A stretch of DNA of 64,000 nt. It comes from Phycisphaerae bacterium (lineage in GTDB: Bacteria; Planctomycetota; Phycisphaerae; SM23-33). Of this stretch, positions 63,675-64,000 are shown piece by piece (the stretch's first letter is position 1; each line of letters opens with the position of its first letter). The translations under genes were made by a program, and so were the position numbers. Under the pieces are notes generated by a model. That model had not been told where the DNA came from, made no database searches, and worked only from the letters and a program-made list of their open reading frames with translations. The DNA is taken from assembly GCA_030745875.1 (NCBI GenBank), contig JASLNT010000050.1, positions 3,115 through 67,114 on the forward strand. Reading direction: 5' to 3'.

Positions 63675-64000
63675 CTATCGTCCGGCGCGGAGTTGTTTGG
63701 CGGATTGGCTGCCTCCATTGAGCACGTGCAGCAGCGGCAGGGGGCGGTCGACTCCTTCGATGAAACTCGGCCGTTTCCGCCACGGCGTGCTCGACAACAC
63801 ATTGGTCAGGTCCATCCAATGTTGAAAACGCGCCACGGGCAGATCCTGGATCATGTGGAAATGATTAGCCGGGGCGTACTGTTTGTATTCGGTCATGGAT
63901 GCGTACTTCGGCACGATCCACGTGTGCGGCCAGGTGATGTTGGACGATCGGGCGACCGCGCGGGCGAGCCTGGTCGGCAGCGAGATCGTCGCCGCCTCGT
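63675..64000 (-). CDS. 3' part of an unidentified CDS that continues beyond the window
   Basis: The minus-strand frame is open from nt 64000 (…EAATISLPTRLARAVARSSNITWPHTWIVPKYASMTEYKQYAPANHFHMIQDLP…) down to the stop at 63675-63677. Family not recognised. Confidence 0.5.
   Translation of the reverse strand, partial: EAATISLPTRLARAVARSSNITWPHTWIVPKYASMTEYKQYAPANHFHMIQDLPVARFQHWMDLTNVLSSTPWRKRPSFIEGVDRPLPLLHVLNGGSQSAKQLRAGR

Overview
This 64-kb window is high in G+C: the 60-nt lines I counted by hand gave about 60-65% in typical genes. It looks like an ordinary chromosomal segment. The gene content (two PEP-CTERM proteins, very large envelope proteins, many secreted glycan-degrading enzymes) suggests a PVC-type bacterium such as Planctomycetota/Phycisphaerae. 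That taxonomic guess is inference only. I can support about 37 protein-coding genes, counting the truncated CDS at each window edge, plus one tRNA-Asp(GUC). I found no rRNA, no CRISPR array and no intact mobile element.

Recognisable housekeeping genes are truB, queG, folE, pta, trmO, a Zn-dependent dehydrogenase, a PAP2 phosphatase and an S9 peptidase. Secreted glycan and protein degradation genes are two sialate-O-acetylesterase-like genes, GH127, an M60-like peptidase, GH32, a BNR sialidase-LamG fusion, a C25-like peptidase and an EF-hand esterase.

Four regions are not explained by known families and are the best candidates for something undescribed:
1. 5155-16115: three tandem paralogous giant envelope proteins. 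Their second junction coincides with a C10 homopolymer and a reading-frame change.
2. 27839-34767: three tandem paralogues of a secreted alpha/beta-hydrolase-like protein. Only one copy keeps a G-x-S-x-G nucleophile elbow.
3. 34804-39071, directly upstream on the same strand: a tight methyltransferase / LarA-like (DUF2088) / radical-SAM / beta-propeller cluster.
4. 44012-48643: a 1543-aa PEP-CTERM repeat protein built from near-identical 150-nt tandem units plus a 0.5-kb segmental duplication.

The ORF track calls GTG and TTG starts as M, so several N-termini were trimmed to starts supported by a Shine-Dalgarno sequence or a signal peptide. The many long antisense or alternate-frame ORFs are high-GC shadows and were rejected. 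All family assignments come from motif recognition by eye, not from database searches.
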